DNA from: Thermoleophilia bacterium
Lineage (GTDB): Bacteria > Actinomycetota > Thermoleophilia > RBG-16-64-13
Length of the DNA: 64,000 nt
Reading direction: 5' to 3'
Assembly: GCA_027493445.1 (NCBI GenBank)
Contig: JAOSKU010000001.1
Span: forward strand, 3,609,845-3,673,844
Under the pieces are notes generated by a model, which was not told the DNA's origin, made no database searches, and saw nothing but the letters and a program-made list of their open reading frames with translations. The translations under genes and the position numbers were made by a program. This document shows, one piece after another, positions 42,464 through 52,639 of this stretch. Each line of letters opens with the position of its first letter. Position 1 is the stretch's first letter.

Positions 42464-42687
42464 TTACAGGAGCTCTCTGAACTCCTCGATTGTTAGGCCC
42501 GCCTGCCGGATGATGGCCCGCAATGTGCCCTTGGCATCTCGCTGTGGTTGGGGACCGTGATTCTTCGGTGGGGACGGGCGACCTGTCGCATGACGATGTG
42601 GCTGCCTCTTTGTCTATCTTTCTCGTACCCGACCTTCGTCAGGGCCGTCACCGCCTCCCGGCCAGATACTCGTGGGAGAGGGCTCAC
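42464..42687 (-). CDS. hicA: HicA-family toxin (mRNA interferase), with an apparent 1-nt deletion near 42530
   Basis: N-terminus SGREAVTALTKVGYEKDRQRGSHIVMRQ. After a -1 correction the C-terminus reads KGTLRAIIRQAGLTIEEFRELL, the canonical HicA tail. Confidence 0.7.
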
Positions 42688-42896
42688 ACCGCTACCTCGA
42701 CAACCTCCTCGTTGATCGACGGCGGTATGGGTTCATCATGGGCTTTCAAGCTTTCCAGATAGGCCTGCATCGCTTCCTGGATGTTGCGCACAGCCTCAGA
42801 GCGCGTCTTCCCTTGGGAAATGCACCCGGGCAACGAGGGTACCTCCGCGACGAACATGCCGTCTTCGTCCTGTTCGACTAGGACGCGATACTTCAT
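42684..42896 (-). CDS. hicB: HicB-family antitoxin (UPF0150)
   Basis: MKYRVLVEQDEDGMFVAEVPSLPGCISQGKTRSEAVRNIQEAMQAYLES. The start is preceded by GGGAGG. It overlaps hicA by 4 nt. Confidence 0.75.
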   Translation of the reverse strand: MKYRVLVEQDEDGMFVAEVPSLPGCISQGKTRSEAVRNIQEAMQAYLESLKAHDEPIPPSINEEVVEVAV

Positions 42897-43232
42897 GGAT
42901 GCCTCCCTTGCGCGTTCCAGCCCCGACCGCATGGGCGGCGCTTCAGTCTCCCATGCTCTTGAGCTGGACAAGCCACCACCCATTGTACACCGGCGGGTCG
43001 CGGGGTGGCCGCACGTGGACGACGTGCGGTCGCTGCCGGAAGGTGCAGTCACCCGGTGGATGAAGCAGCGGTGCGGACGAAGAACACGGTCTTCGACTTC
43101 AGCGGGCTCGCAGTCGCTGAGCGCATCCATCACGCCCAGATCTCCTCGAGTGACCCTGGCTCCGGCCACCCGTGGGAAGACGTTCGCGCCCCTATCTCCG
43201 CTCGTCTGCTGCAAGGCACGTGATGCCGAGCC

Positions 43233-43820
43233 TCATGCACCACCAGCCCGGCACAGCTCGAGACTCTCCTGTTCTTTGGAAAGAATCTCGGCAATCTCGT
43301 CGCAGCCGTTGTCTTTCAGCGCGGGAATGGTGTCGCGAAGCTCCAAGACGTTGTTGAGGGCCGCGACGAACGGGTACGCAGAGGTGCCGGGGACGACGGC
43401 CCCATGATGGTCCGCGAGCCACCGCGAGACCTCAGACCACCGCCAGATACGGTTGCGGGCGTTTCCCAGTCTCGTCAGCGGGGGCGGGAAGAAGCCCGTT
43501 CCGCGTTTGCCGATCACGAGCAATCGAACGTATTCTCTGCTCCACCCTGTTCGCTTCGATATGTCTGTGAGAGTCACGTAGTCGTCCGGCTCGACCCGTG
43601 AGATGCGAACGCCCGGAATCGCCTGCTCGATGGCTCGGATGGCCGACATGACAGCCTGGGGTAAGCCGGCAGCTTCGCGCACGAAGTCGGCATAAGCAAC
43701 ACCGGCGGTGCGACCGAACATAGCGTCATCGCAGCCGGCCTCGAACAAGATGTCGAGCTGCTCGTCCGTGGGGAAGCTTAGGGGTGCGGAAAGAAGCAGT
43801 GTAAACTCGAACTTCTGCAT
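43233..43820 (-). CDS. HTH-containing putative antitoxin/regulator (possible long-form HicB-like partner)
   Basis: About 195-aa protein with a C-terminal HTH-like segment (VTLTDISKRTGWSREYVRLLVIG). It is immediately downstream of a HicA-like small ORF. Confidence 0.45.
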   Translation of the reverse strand: MQKFEFTLLLSAPLSFPTDEQLDILFEAGCDDAMFGRTAGVAYADFVREAAGLPQAVMSAIRAIEQAIPGVRISRVEPDDYVTLTDISKRTGWSREYVRLLVIGKRGTGFFPPPLTRLGNARNRIWRWSEVSRWLADHHGAVVPGTSAYPFVAALNNVLELRDTIPALKDNGCDEIAEILSKEQESLELCRAGGA

Positions 43821-43825
43821 GTCTC

Positions 43826-44062
43826 TCACCGCCCACATGGGCACTGGAGCACTCGTCTTCTCAGCTCCTTTGCATGGTCCTGAGGAACGCGGGGAGTCGA
43901 CCATATCGAAGCTCGGCATTGGCCTCTGCCCGACTTACCCAAGCAGTACATCGAACCCCATGCGTGTTTGCTCTGACCTTTGCCCTGCTCGACCTTCCAA
44001 CCGTGGATCTCAGCGAACCGAAGGGCATCTTCGACCTCCTTGTCGGGGTGGCCGCCCCTCAT
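43826..44062 (-). CDS. Putative HicA-like small toxin
   Basis: 78 aa: EVEDALRFAEIHGWKVEQGKGQSKHAWG resembles the HicA dsRBD-like core (GW...GSH). The match is divergent. Confidence 0.35.
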   Translation of the reverse strand: MRGGHPDKEVEDALRFAEIHGWKVEQGKGQSKHAWGSMYCLGKSGRGQCRASIWSTPRVPQDHAKELRRRVLQCPCGR

Positions 44063-44576
44063 GTTGGCAGTATAGCAACAGGAGGGCAGCTAGGCCGTGG
44101 GAATTCCGTATGCCGGTCGACTTCCAGCTGTTCCAGACAGCCGATCGACAATTCAGTTCGCAAGATTCCGAAGCGCACCAACCTCCAACCCCCAAGACAG
44201 AGCAGCCCGTGGATGTTGAGTCTGCGGCAGGAGGAATGTGGGCGGCATAGGCCTTTGGTCTGAACTTGGGCCTCGCTCGAGGCGTGGAATATGCAGTCAC
44301 CTTCCCCACGACCTCCGCAAATGCCTCCACTTCCTTCTTTCCCTCCGACCAAGGTTGTAGGATGGCACCCATAGCTCATGCTGGAGCTCATCCTCACCCG
44401 CGAGCGGGAGAAGAGCCTCATCAAGGCCACCCAGGGCCTGCAGTTCCTGGTGCGCGACGAGCTGCGCACCTACCGGGGCCGCCAGGGCTCTGAGTAGCGT
44501 TGCTGGTGAGGCGCGTCCGCGATCGCCTGGCGATAACTGGATGAACCCACCGCCGGTGAGTACAATGGGGTCATAG

Positions 44577-44648
44577 GCCGGTCTCCGGCCGGGATGTGCG
44601 TGCCACACATCTACACGTACCGCCTGGGGCCGGCCGTCGCTTCGTGTA
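44577..44648 (+). other. Three consecutive stem-loops upstream of the carboxylase operon (candidate leader/regulatory RNA structure)
   Basis: gccgg-tct-ccggc; gatgtg-cgtgcca-cacatc; tacacg-(25 nt)-cgtgta. Non-coding region. Confidence 0.25.
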
Positions 44649-44970
44649 GCGCACCGCCGCTAGTCCGTCCAGACCAATCACTGAACTGACCGCTTGGTCG
44701 CCGTTCGCCTCCACCGGTTCGTCACGCCGACCGTTCGGAAACGCGGCTTCGACCCGGCCACCCGGCTACGTAAGATGGTATGCGAGTGGGGAATCATCGG
44801 GGGGATTCTTTGCATCCACGCCTTTGCCCGCCGCCCGCGCTGCCCGCGCGCCGGCGCTTATGCGCCGGTGCGTGGGCGCCGGGCGCCGTCTGTATCCTCC
44901 CGCGACATGACGAAAGGAGCGCCATGGGGGCACAGGAAAGGCTTCGTCGAAGGGTGCGGAAAGGAGCAGC

Positions 44971-46960
44971 ATGGGTTTCACTGTAGATATCGACACAGGG
45001 GGGACCTTCACCGACGGCCTCTTCGGAGACGGCACCTCCAGCCGGCGGGCGAAGGTCGATACGACGCCGCACGATCTCACCATCTCCCTCTTCAACTGTC
45101 TCTACGCGGGCGCCGTCGCGTTCGGTCTGGCGAACGTCAAGGACCTTCTGCGCGGATGCGACATCGTGCGCTGGACGAACACCATAGCCACGAACGTCGT
45201 GGCGGAGCGGAAGGGGCCCCGAGTGGGCCTGTTCGTCACGCAGGGGCATGAGCGGTCCCTCTACTCCGGTAACGGTGAGAGTCCTGCCATCGGACACGTG
45301 GTGGGCGCCGAGAACATCGTCGGCGTCAGTCAGCCCGTGGACGTGGAGGACCTGCTGGTGCGGCTGAAATCGCTCCTCGACCAGGGAGTGCGCCGCATCT
45401 GCATCAGCCTCAAGGACGGCCTGGAGAACAGCGCCGACGAGGCCGCCGTCAAGCGGGTGTTCGAAGACCAGTATCCCGACCATTACCTCGGTACCATCCC
45501 GCTCCTCATGGGCAGCGACATCTCCAAGCATCCCGACGACATGACCCGCACGCACATGGCCCTGCTGAACGCGTATGTCCATGGGCCGATGGCCCAGGCC
45601 ATGTTCAAGGCGGAGGACGATCTGCGCCACGAAGGCTTCATCAAGCCTCTCCTGGTGGGTCACATCAACGGGGGCGTCACCAGGGTTGCGAAGACCAAGC
45701 CGGTGGACACCATCGAGTCGGGACCCATCTTCGGCATCCATGCCGCCGCCTACTTCGCGGAGAAGTACGGGCTGCCGCGGGTGGTGACCTTGGATGTGGG
45801 CGGCACCACCGCCAAGGTGGGTCTGGTGCAGGACGGCAGGCCCGCTCTCACACGCCCGGCGGACGTGCTGGGCATACCGCTGAACCAGCCCATGCTCTCA
45901 TTGAAGAGCATCTCGCTTGGCGGAGGGACGGTCGCCCGGGTGGCCGGCGGCGACCTGACTCTGGGCCCGGACAGCATGGGCGCGTACCCGGGCCCCGCAT
46001 GCTACGACCTCGGGGGTACCGAGGCCACGGTCACCGACGCGTATCTGGTGAGCGGCTTCCTCGATCCCGACTACTTCGCGGGGGGACCAAACGGGTAGTG
46101 CTGGAGCGCGCCAAGAAGGCGTTGGCCGAGGCCGTTGGGGGCCCGCTGGGGATCGATGAGCACGCGGCGGCCGCCAAGGTGGCCGAGGTGGCGGCCGATC
46201 TGGTGGCCGACGACGTGCGCCGGGCGCTGGCCACGCTCCATGCCGAGGCGCCGGACCAGGTGCTCTTCGCGTTTGGGGGAACGGGGGCATCGCGGCCGCG
46301 CGTGTGGCCGAGAAGGCGCACATCCGGAAGGTCGTGGTCTTCTCGCTGGGCTCGGTGCTGAGCGCGTTCGGCTCCTCCGTGGCCGACGTCGCCCACACCT
46401 ACGAGTACGCCCCGTTCCTGCCGGTGGAAGACACGGATCGGGTCGAGGCCTTGATCGACGACATGTGGGCGGAAGCCCGTCGGGATTTCCGCGGCGAAGG
46501 CTTCGTCGAGGCGGACATCGTTGCCGACGTGGAGTTCACCGTGACCCAGTCCCCCGACCATCACGCCGTGGAGGAGCTGGTATGTGGCTTCGCAGTGGAC
46601 GGCCCGCCGGAGCCGGGCAAGACCGGTCCCTGCCTCACGGCTGCCGGTGTCCGGCCGGGCAAGGATTCACTAGTGGAGATCGTACGTCTGCGCGCCCGGG
46701 TGCCGGCGGTCAAGACCGCCCTGCTGGAGCAGGCCCCCGGTGACGAGGACCCGAGCGGCGCGCGCAAAGGCAGCCGCACGGTGTGGTGGAATGCGGCGGG
46801 CGGTGTGGATTCCGCCCTGTACGAGTGGGACCGCCTTCAGCCCGGCGCGCGCGTCGTAGGCCCGGCCGTCATCGAGGGCGTCGACACCACCTACCTCGTT
46901 CCGGAGCATTGGGACCTCAGAATCGACAGCTTTGGCAACGGACAGATGGAGAGGAGGTAG
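44971..46960 (+). CDS. Hydantoinase/oxoprolinase A-family subunit (acetone/acetophenone-carboxylase-like paralogue 1), split by two single-G deletions near 46083 and 46276
   Basis: N-terminus MGFTVDIDTGGTFTD. ORFs 44971..46098, 45999..46361 and 46304..46960 join as FAGG|TKRVVLERAKK and FAFGG|NGGIAAARVAEKAH if each G-run has one more G. Total length is about 663 aa. Confidence 0.75.
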
Positions 46961-46965
46961 GCACG

Positions 46966-47340
46966 GTGGGTAGACGAGTCGCCATCACCGAGTACCTCGA
47001 CGTCGACATAGACGAGATGAAGTGGCTGTGCTCCGCCTGCGGCGCACAGCTCATCGACGCCGACGACAACTACAAGAAAGGGTGCCTGGTCCACGCACGC
47101 GATCCGCGTGAGGTCCACAACCCCGTCTTCGAAGCCGAGTACAACTTCGCTCCCGACCCCGCCTGGGTGCGGATCATCGAGTTCTACTGTCCCGAATGCG
47201 GGGTGCAGGTCGAGACCGAATACCTGCCCCTGGGCCATCCCGTCACGCACGACATCGACCTTGACGTGGCCGCGCTGCGGGCGCGCGTCGACGGCGGCGA
47301 GCTGACGATCGTCGACAAGCGGATGGAGGTGAGTCGGTGA
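46966..47340 (+). CDS. Acetone-carboxylase gamma-subunit-like small Zn-binding protein
   Basis: ITEYLDVDIDEMKWLCSACGAQLID...EFYCPECGVQVETEY with two Cys pairs. GTG 46966 is preceded by GGAGAGGAGG. Confidence 0.7.
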   Translation: MGRRVAITEYLDVDIDEMKWLCSACGAQLIDADDNYKKGCLVHARDPREVHNPVFEAEYNFAPDPAWVRIIEFYCPECGVQVETEYLPLGHPVTHDIDLDVAALRARVDGGELTIVDKRMEVSR

Positions 47341-49459
47341 ACACGATCGACATCGATGCGGGCGGCACGTTTACCGACCTCGTCTTGCGGGTGGACGGGC
47401 AGACCGTTATGAAGAAGGCACCCACCACTCAGTACGACCTTTCGGTCTGCTTCCTCAACGTGATCGAGGAGGGCGGGCGCGAGCTGGAGATGGAGCTCGA
47501 CCAGCTGCTGCCCAAGATCGACCTCGTGCGCTACTCCACCACCGTGGCCATGAACCGGCTGATCGAGCGTAAGGGCCCGGCCCTTGGACTTATCACCACC
47601 GAGGGGCAGGAAGACTGCATCCTCATCGGCCGCGGCGCCCAGTGGGTGGACGGCACCACTCCCTCCGAGCGCCGAAACTTGGCCATCCAGCAGAAGCCCG
47701 AACCGCTGATCCAGCGCGAGATGATCGTGGGGGCCAGGGAGCGGGTCGACAGCCTGGGCAAGGTCGTAAGGCCGTTGGACGAGGCGGCCCTGCGCGAGAG
47801 CATCCACTACCTGGTGGATAAGGGGGTGCGTGGCTTCGTGGTCTCGCTCCTCTGGTCGCACGTGAACCCGGTGCACGAGAGGCGGATCAAGGAGATCATC
47901 CGCGAGGAGTACAAGGACTACACCTTGGGGCACCTGCCGGTGGTCCTGGCCGGCGAGGTCATCGGCCGCTTGGGCGAGTATCAGCGCACCATGACCGCGG
48001 TGCTCGACGCCTACCTGTTCCGGGCCATGCAGATCGAGCTCTCCGGTATGTGGGACACGTTGCGCGGTTACGGCTACCGGGGCCCATTCATGATGGTGCA
48101 CAACTCGGGCGGTATGGCCGAGGTGTTCAAGACCGACGCCGTGCGCACCTACAGCGCCGGGCCGGTGGCCGGTCTCATCGGGTCGCACCATCTGGCCAAG
48201 AAGCTGGGCTACCGCAACGTAATTGCCAGCGACGTCGGGGGGACGAGCTTCGACGTGGGCGTGGTGGTGGACCAGAACGTGCGCAATTACGAGTTCCGGC
48301 CCATCATCGATCAGTGGATGGTGGGCATGACGATGCTGCAGACCATCTCCATTGGAGCGGGGGCGGTTCGATCGCCCGGATCAACGAGTTGGTGGGCAAG
48401 CGGCTCGAGGTCGGCCCGCAAAGCGCCGGTTCCTACCCGGGCCCGGCCTGCTACGACCAGGGAGGAGAGGAGCCCACCGTTACCGACGCCGACGTGGTGC
48501 TGGGCTACCTGGACCCCGACTTCTACTTCGGCGGCCGCATGCTCCTGGACAAGGCCCGTTCGGCGGACGTCATCAAGACCAAGATCGCCGACCCTCTGGG
48601 CCTACAAATACCGGAAGCCGCCTACCTGATCCGCAAGATCGTCGACTCGAACATGGGCGCCGCCATCCGCAAGCAGATCCACCTGCGGGGTTACGACCCC
48701 AAGGACTTCGTCCTGTTCGGTTTTGGGGGAGGCGGCCCGACCCACCTCACCGGCTACATGGGGGACATCCCGAAAGCCGTCGTCTTCCCCTTCTCGCCCG
48801 TCTTCTCGGCCCAGGGTTCGTCGGTGATGGACGTGGTGCACGTTTACGAGCTCTCTCGCCGTTTCATGCTCATGGAGCCCATGACCCGCACCTTCGCCAC
48901 CGACTTCGCCGCCTTCAACGAGGCCGTGGAGTCGCTGATCGAGAAGGCGAAGAAGGAGTTGGCCGGCGAACGGCTGCCGGTGGACACGGCTGTGTTCCGT
49001 CTGGAGCTCGACATGCTCTACGGCGGGCAGGTGCACCGCAAGCGGGCGAGCTCGCCCCTGCTCCGGATCGAGTCGGAAGCGGATGCCCGCGCGGTCTACG
49101 AGGAGTTCGAGCGCGAGTTCAGCGAGACCTTCAGCCCCCTGGTGGTGCACCAAGACGGGGGGGTCTACGTGGAGAACTTCGTGGTCACGGCGAGTGTCCC
49201 CACCGAGAAGCCCGAGATCCGCACCTACACCGGCAACGGCGCCGGCCCGGAGAAGGCCCGCAAGGGGAGCCGCAAGTGCTACTGGGGCGAGGCGGGAGGC
49301 TTCGAGGAGACCGAGGTGTACGACTACAACGGGCTGGCGCCCGGTCACGCGATCGCGGGCCCGGCCATCCTCGAGACCGAGTACACCACCGTGGTGGTGC
49401 CCCCGGCATTCCACTGCAGCATCGACGAGCACATGTTCGGCCACATCGTGCGGGCCTGA
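47337..49459 (+). CDS. Hydantoinase/oxoprolinase A-family subunit (paralogue 2; acetone-carboxylase beta-like), with an apparent single-G deletion near 48361
   Basis: N-terminus MNTIDIDAGGTFTD. ORFs 47337..48629 and 48050..49459 join at TISIGAG|GGSIARINELVGK. Total length is about 707 aa. Confidence 0.8.
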
Positions 49460-49470
49460 AAGGAGGGACG

Positions 49471-51531
49471 ATGCCGTTCCCCACAGCTGAAGAGAAACTG
49501 GCCATGATCAAGGTGGTGCCGCCCGAGGCTGACGAGCTCCGGTGCGTCTACGCGCTCGGTCAGGGCGAGTACGAGGTGGGCTTCGAGCGCACCAACAACA
49601 TCCTCGACGAGGCCATGGAGGTGTTCACCCGCTCCTCGCGCAGCTCCATGGGAGTCGCCGGAGACTCCATGGTGGCCCTGTTCACCGCGCAGGGCGACCT
49701 GGCCAACGCCAGCTGCGGCACCTATCTGCACGCGGTGATCCAGCCCATCATCATCAAGTACATCCTCAAGCAGTACGGGAAGAACCCGGGCATCAAGGAA
49801 GGGGACGTCTGGTTCACCAACGACGCTCTCTACGGAGGTATCCACAATCCCGACGAGCTGATCCTCATCCCCGTCTTCTACCAGGGAGAGCTCATCGCCT
49901 GGACGGGCGCGGCGGTGCACACCAGCGAGACCGGGGCCATCGAGCCGGGTGGTATGCCGGTGACGGCCACCTCCCGCTTCTCGGAGGGGATGAACTGCCC
50001 GCCCATCAAGATCGGTGAGAAGGGCGAGATCCGCGAGGACTTCCTGGAAATGATCGGCATCTTCGGCATGCGGGCGCCGCAGATGGTGGTCATCGATCTG
50101 AAGGCTCGGGCCACCGGGGCCGACCGGGCCCGCAAGCGACTGGTGGAGCTGGCCGATGAGCGCGGCCGTGACTACGTCGTGGGCCTCTTGCGCAAGATGC
50201 TGCTGGTGGCGGAGGAGGGTGCCCGTAAGCGCATCAGCTCCTGGCCGGACGGCGATTTCACCTGCGTCAACTTCGCCGACAGCGCCGGCATCGAGATGGG
50301 CCTGCTGCGCACTAGCCATCTCACCCTGCGGAAGAAGGGCGATCACCTCACCTTCGACTTCACCGGCATCTCACCGGAGACCCCCTACTCCTACAACGCG
50401 CACGTGCAGGCCGTGGTGGGACACATCTCCAACTTCGTGTACGAGTACATCTTCCACGACCTGCCCATTTCGAGCGCGGCCTTCGCGCCCATCGACTTCG
50501 TCTTCCCGCCCAACACCTGCCTGAACCCGGACGCCCGGGCCGCCACGAGCTGCTCCGTGATGATCGCTACCGGGGTCATGAGCGGCGTGCATAACGCGTT
50601 CGGCAAGATGATGTATTGCACGCAGGAGATGTGGCGCCAGGTGTCGGCCTCCCAGGGCAACGCCGGCAATGCCACAGTGGTGGCCGGTCTCTCCCAGTGG
50701 GGCTTGCCCTTCGCCGACATGCCCGCCTACTCGCTCAACAGCGAGGGCCAGGGCGGCCGGCCTACCATGGACGGCGTGAACGCCTTCGGCTTCCCCTGGT
50801 GCGTCTACGGACGCACCCCGGACGTGGAAGAGATGGAGAACGACCTACCGGTCATCATCCCTCTCTCGAATCACTGGGTGGATTCCTGCGGTCACGGCAA
50901 ATACCGGGGCGGCGTGGGCACTGTGCAGATCTGGGTGACCCACCATGCGCCCGCCATCTACTTCATGGCCATCTCCGACAACAGCAAGATGCAGACTCCG
51001 CAGCCACTGTTCGGCGGCTACGCGCCGGCCACCGTACCGGGCATCAGCGTGCGCGGCGCCGACATCATGCAGAAGATGGCCGAGGGCGGGGAGTTCGCAC
51101 TGGACGCGATGAAGATCCTCGCGGAGCAGACCGTGAGCGGAGACTGGCAGTATGAGTTCTTCGGTCGCAGTGTGCGCCCGTACAATCTGGGCGACATCAT
51201 CACCTTCGGCTTCGCCACGGGCGGCGCCGGCTACGGCGATCCGCTCGACCGCGACCCGGAGCTGGTGATGCAGGACATCAAAGACAAGATCATCTCCGAA
51301 TGGTCGGCCGAGAACGTCTACAAGGTCACGTACGAGGCCGCGACCATGCGTCTGGACGAGGCGGCCACGGCCGCCGCCCGTGACGCCGAGCGTGCGGCCC
51401 GGCTGGGCCGGGGCAGGAGCTACCAGGAGTTCGAGGCCGAGTGGCTTACCATGAAACCGGACGACTCGCTCCTGAGATTCTACGGCACCTGGCCGGACGC
51501 CGAGATGGTGGCGCCGGTGTTCCGGCCGTAG
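49471..51531 (+). CDS. Hydantoinase B/oxoprolinase-family subunit (acetone-carboxylase alpha-like)
   Basis: 686-aa HyuB-family protein. AGGAGGGACG precedes the ATG. Confidence 0.85.
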   Translation: MPFPTAEEKLAMIKVVPPEADELRCVYALGQGEYEVGFERTNNILDEAMEVFTRSSRSSMGVAGDSMVALFTAQGDLANASCGTYLHAVIQPIIIKYILKQYGKNPGIKEGDVWFTNDALYGGIHNPDELILIPVFYQGELIAWTGAAVHTSETGAIEPGGMPVTATSRFSEGMNCPPIKIGEKGEIREDFLEMIGIFGMRAPQMVVIDLKARATGADRARKRLVELADERGRDYVVGLLRKMLLVAEEGARKRISSWPDGDFTCVNFADSAGIEMGLLRTSHLTLRKKGDHLTFDFTGISPETPYSYNAHVQAVVGHISNFVYEYIFHDLPISSAAFAPIDFVFPPNTCLNPDARAATSCSVMIATGVMSGVHNAFGKMMYCTQEMWRQVSASQGNAGNATVVAGLSQWGLPFADMPAYSLNSEGQGGRPTMDGVNAFGFPWCVYGRTPDVEEMENDLPVIIPLSNHWVDSCGHGKYRGGVGTVQIWVTHHAPAIYFMAISDNSKMQTPQPLFGGYAPATVPGISVRGADIMQKMAEGGEFALDAMKILAEQTVSGDWQYEFFGRSVRPYNLGDIITFGFATGGAGYGDPLDRDPELVMQDIKDKIISEWSAENVYKVTYEAATMRLDEAATAAARDAERAARLGRGRSYQEFEAEWLTMKPDDSLLRFYGTWPDAEMVAPVFRP

Positions 51532-51535
51532 GCGG

Positions 51536-52639
51536 GTGTGGGGCGTGCGCGAGCGCGGCGTTTCTCGGGTGCGGGAGCAGCGTCTGAGGCAGGGCGGCTT
51601 GTTCGTACCGCTCGTGTTCTCGTTCGCCGCTTCGCTGGAGCAGCTGACGCCCGAGGCGTTCCTGGCTTCGGCGACGAAGGCGTCGAACGGACTGCGGACG
51701 GTGTTCGCCTCGTTCGACGTGGACGGCGTGGCCGGCTGGTGCGACGATACCGCGCCCGCGGACACGTTGAGTTGCACGCTCGACTGGTGCACATACCCTC
51801 CGGCGGTGGTGGAAGCGCCACCGCCGGAGGTAGCCCCAGACCTCGGCCGGATCGGGGTGGCGGGCGCCACCGGCGTGGCCACCGACGTCGTGCGCCGCTT
51901 GGGCTCCCTGCTTCCTGACACCGTGCTCGTGGGCACTATGCCCGGTCCGGTGACCTTGGCCCGGCAGCTGGCCGGTCCGGGTGCGGGCGGCCCGGACTCC
52001 GGCGACTCCACGCCTGGGGAAGGCCTCGAGCGGGTGCGCGTCGCCGCCAAGGCCTGCCTGGCGTACGCCAAAGCGCTCGGAGACGCGGGTCTGGACCTGC
52101 TTCTGGTGCGGGAGGAGGCCCTACTCGTCCCCACCGACGGCGTGTCGGCCGGAGACATCGCGCGCCTGTACTCGTCGATCTGGAACACGGCGCGCTTCTA
52201 CGGTCTTACGGCGTTGCTTGCGCTCGGAGGTGAAGGCGCGCGTGACGTCGTCGGCGGCAGGCACGATGCCCGCGCCGGCGCGGGAGGGCCTTCGGCGCAA
52301 TCCGCCTCGGCGTACTCCGCGGCCGGCCTACTCGCGCTTGCCGGGGTGGTCGATGGGTTGGTGGCTCCTCCCGCATTGATCGAGCACTGGAGCGATGTGC
52401 TCGACCACGGCTTCAGGCGCATCGGACTGGCTCTTCCCGCGAATCTACCCGCCCAGCCGGTCGACGTGATCGACGCGTACCTGCGGGGGCACGCAGTTGC
52501 CGAGCGGATGCGCGACGGGCGACTGTTCCTTGTCACCACCGACGGCGAGGTGCCGCCGAGCACCGATCGAGCCGCCTTGCTCGTTGGCCTGATGACGATT
52601 CGCGATCACGTGAGAGGAGCGGGTGCTCGTGACGCCTGA
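51536..52639 (+). CDS. Hypothetical protein in the carboxylase operon
   Basis: 367-aa Ala/Gly-rich ORF between the HyuB-like gene and the CoA ligase. No motif recognised. Confidence 0.4.
   Translation: MWGVRERGVSRVREQRLRQGGLFVPLVFSFAASLEQLTPEAFLASATKASNGLRTVFASFDVDGVAGWCDDTAPADTLSCTLDWCTYPPAVVEAPPPEVAPDLGRIGVAGATGVATDVVRRLGSLLPDTVLVGTMPGPVTLARQLAGPGAGGPDSGDSTPGEGLERVRVAAKACLAYAKALGDAGLDLLLVREEALLVPTDGVSAGDIARLYSSIWNTARFYGLTALLALGGEGARDVVGGRHDARAGAGGPSAQSASAYSAAGLLALAGVVDGLVAPPALIEHWSDVLDHGFRRIGLALPANLPAQPVDVIDAYLRGHAVAERMRDGRLFLVTTDGEVPPSTDRAALLVGLMTIRDHVRGAGARDA

Noticed and set aside
44378-44497. 39-codon ORF (MLELILTREREKSLIKATQ...) as a real gene
   Set aside because: It is too short, has no RBS and sits in a compositionally atypical patch. 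I kept it only as a possible gene fragment in the findings.
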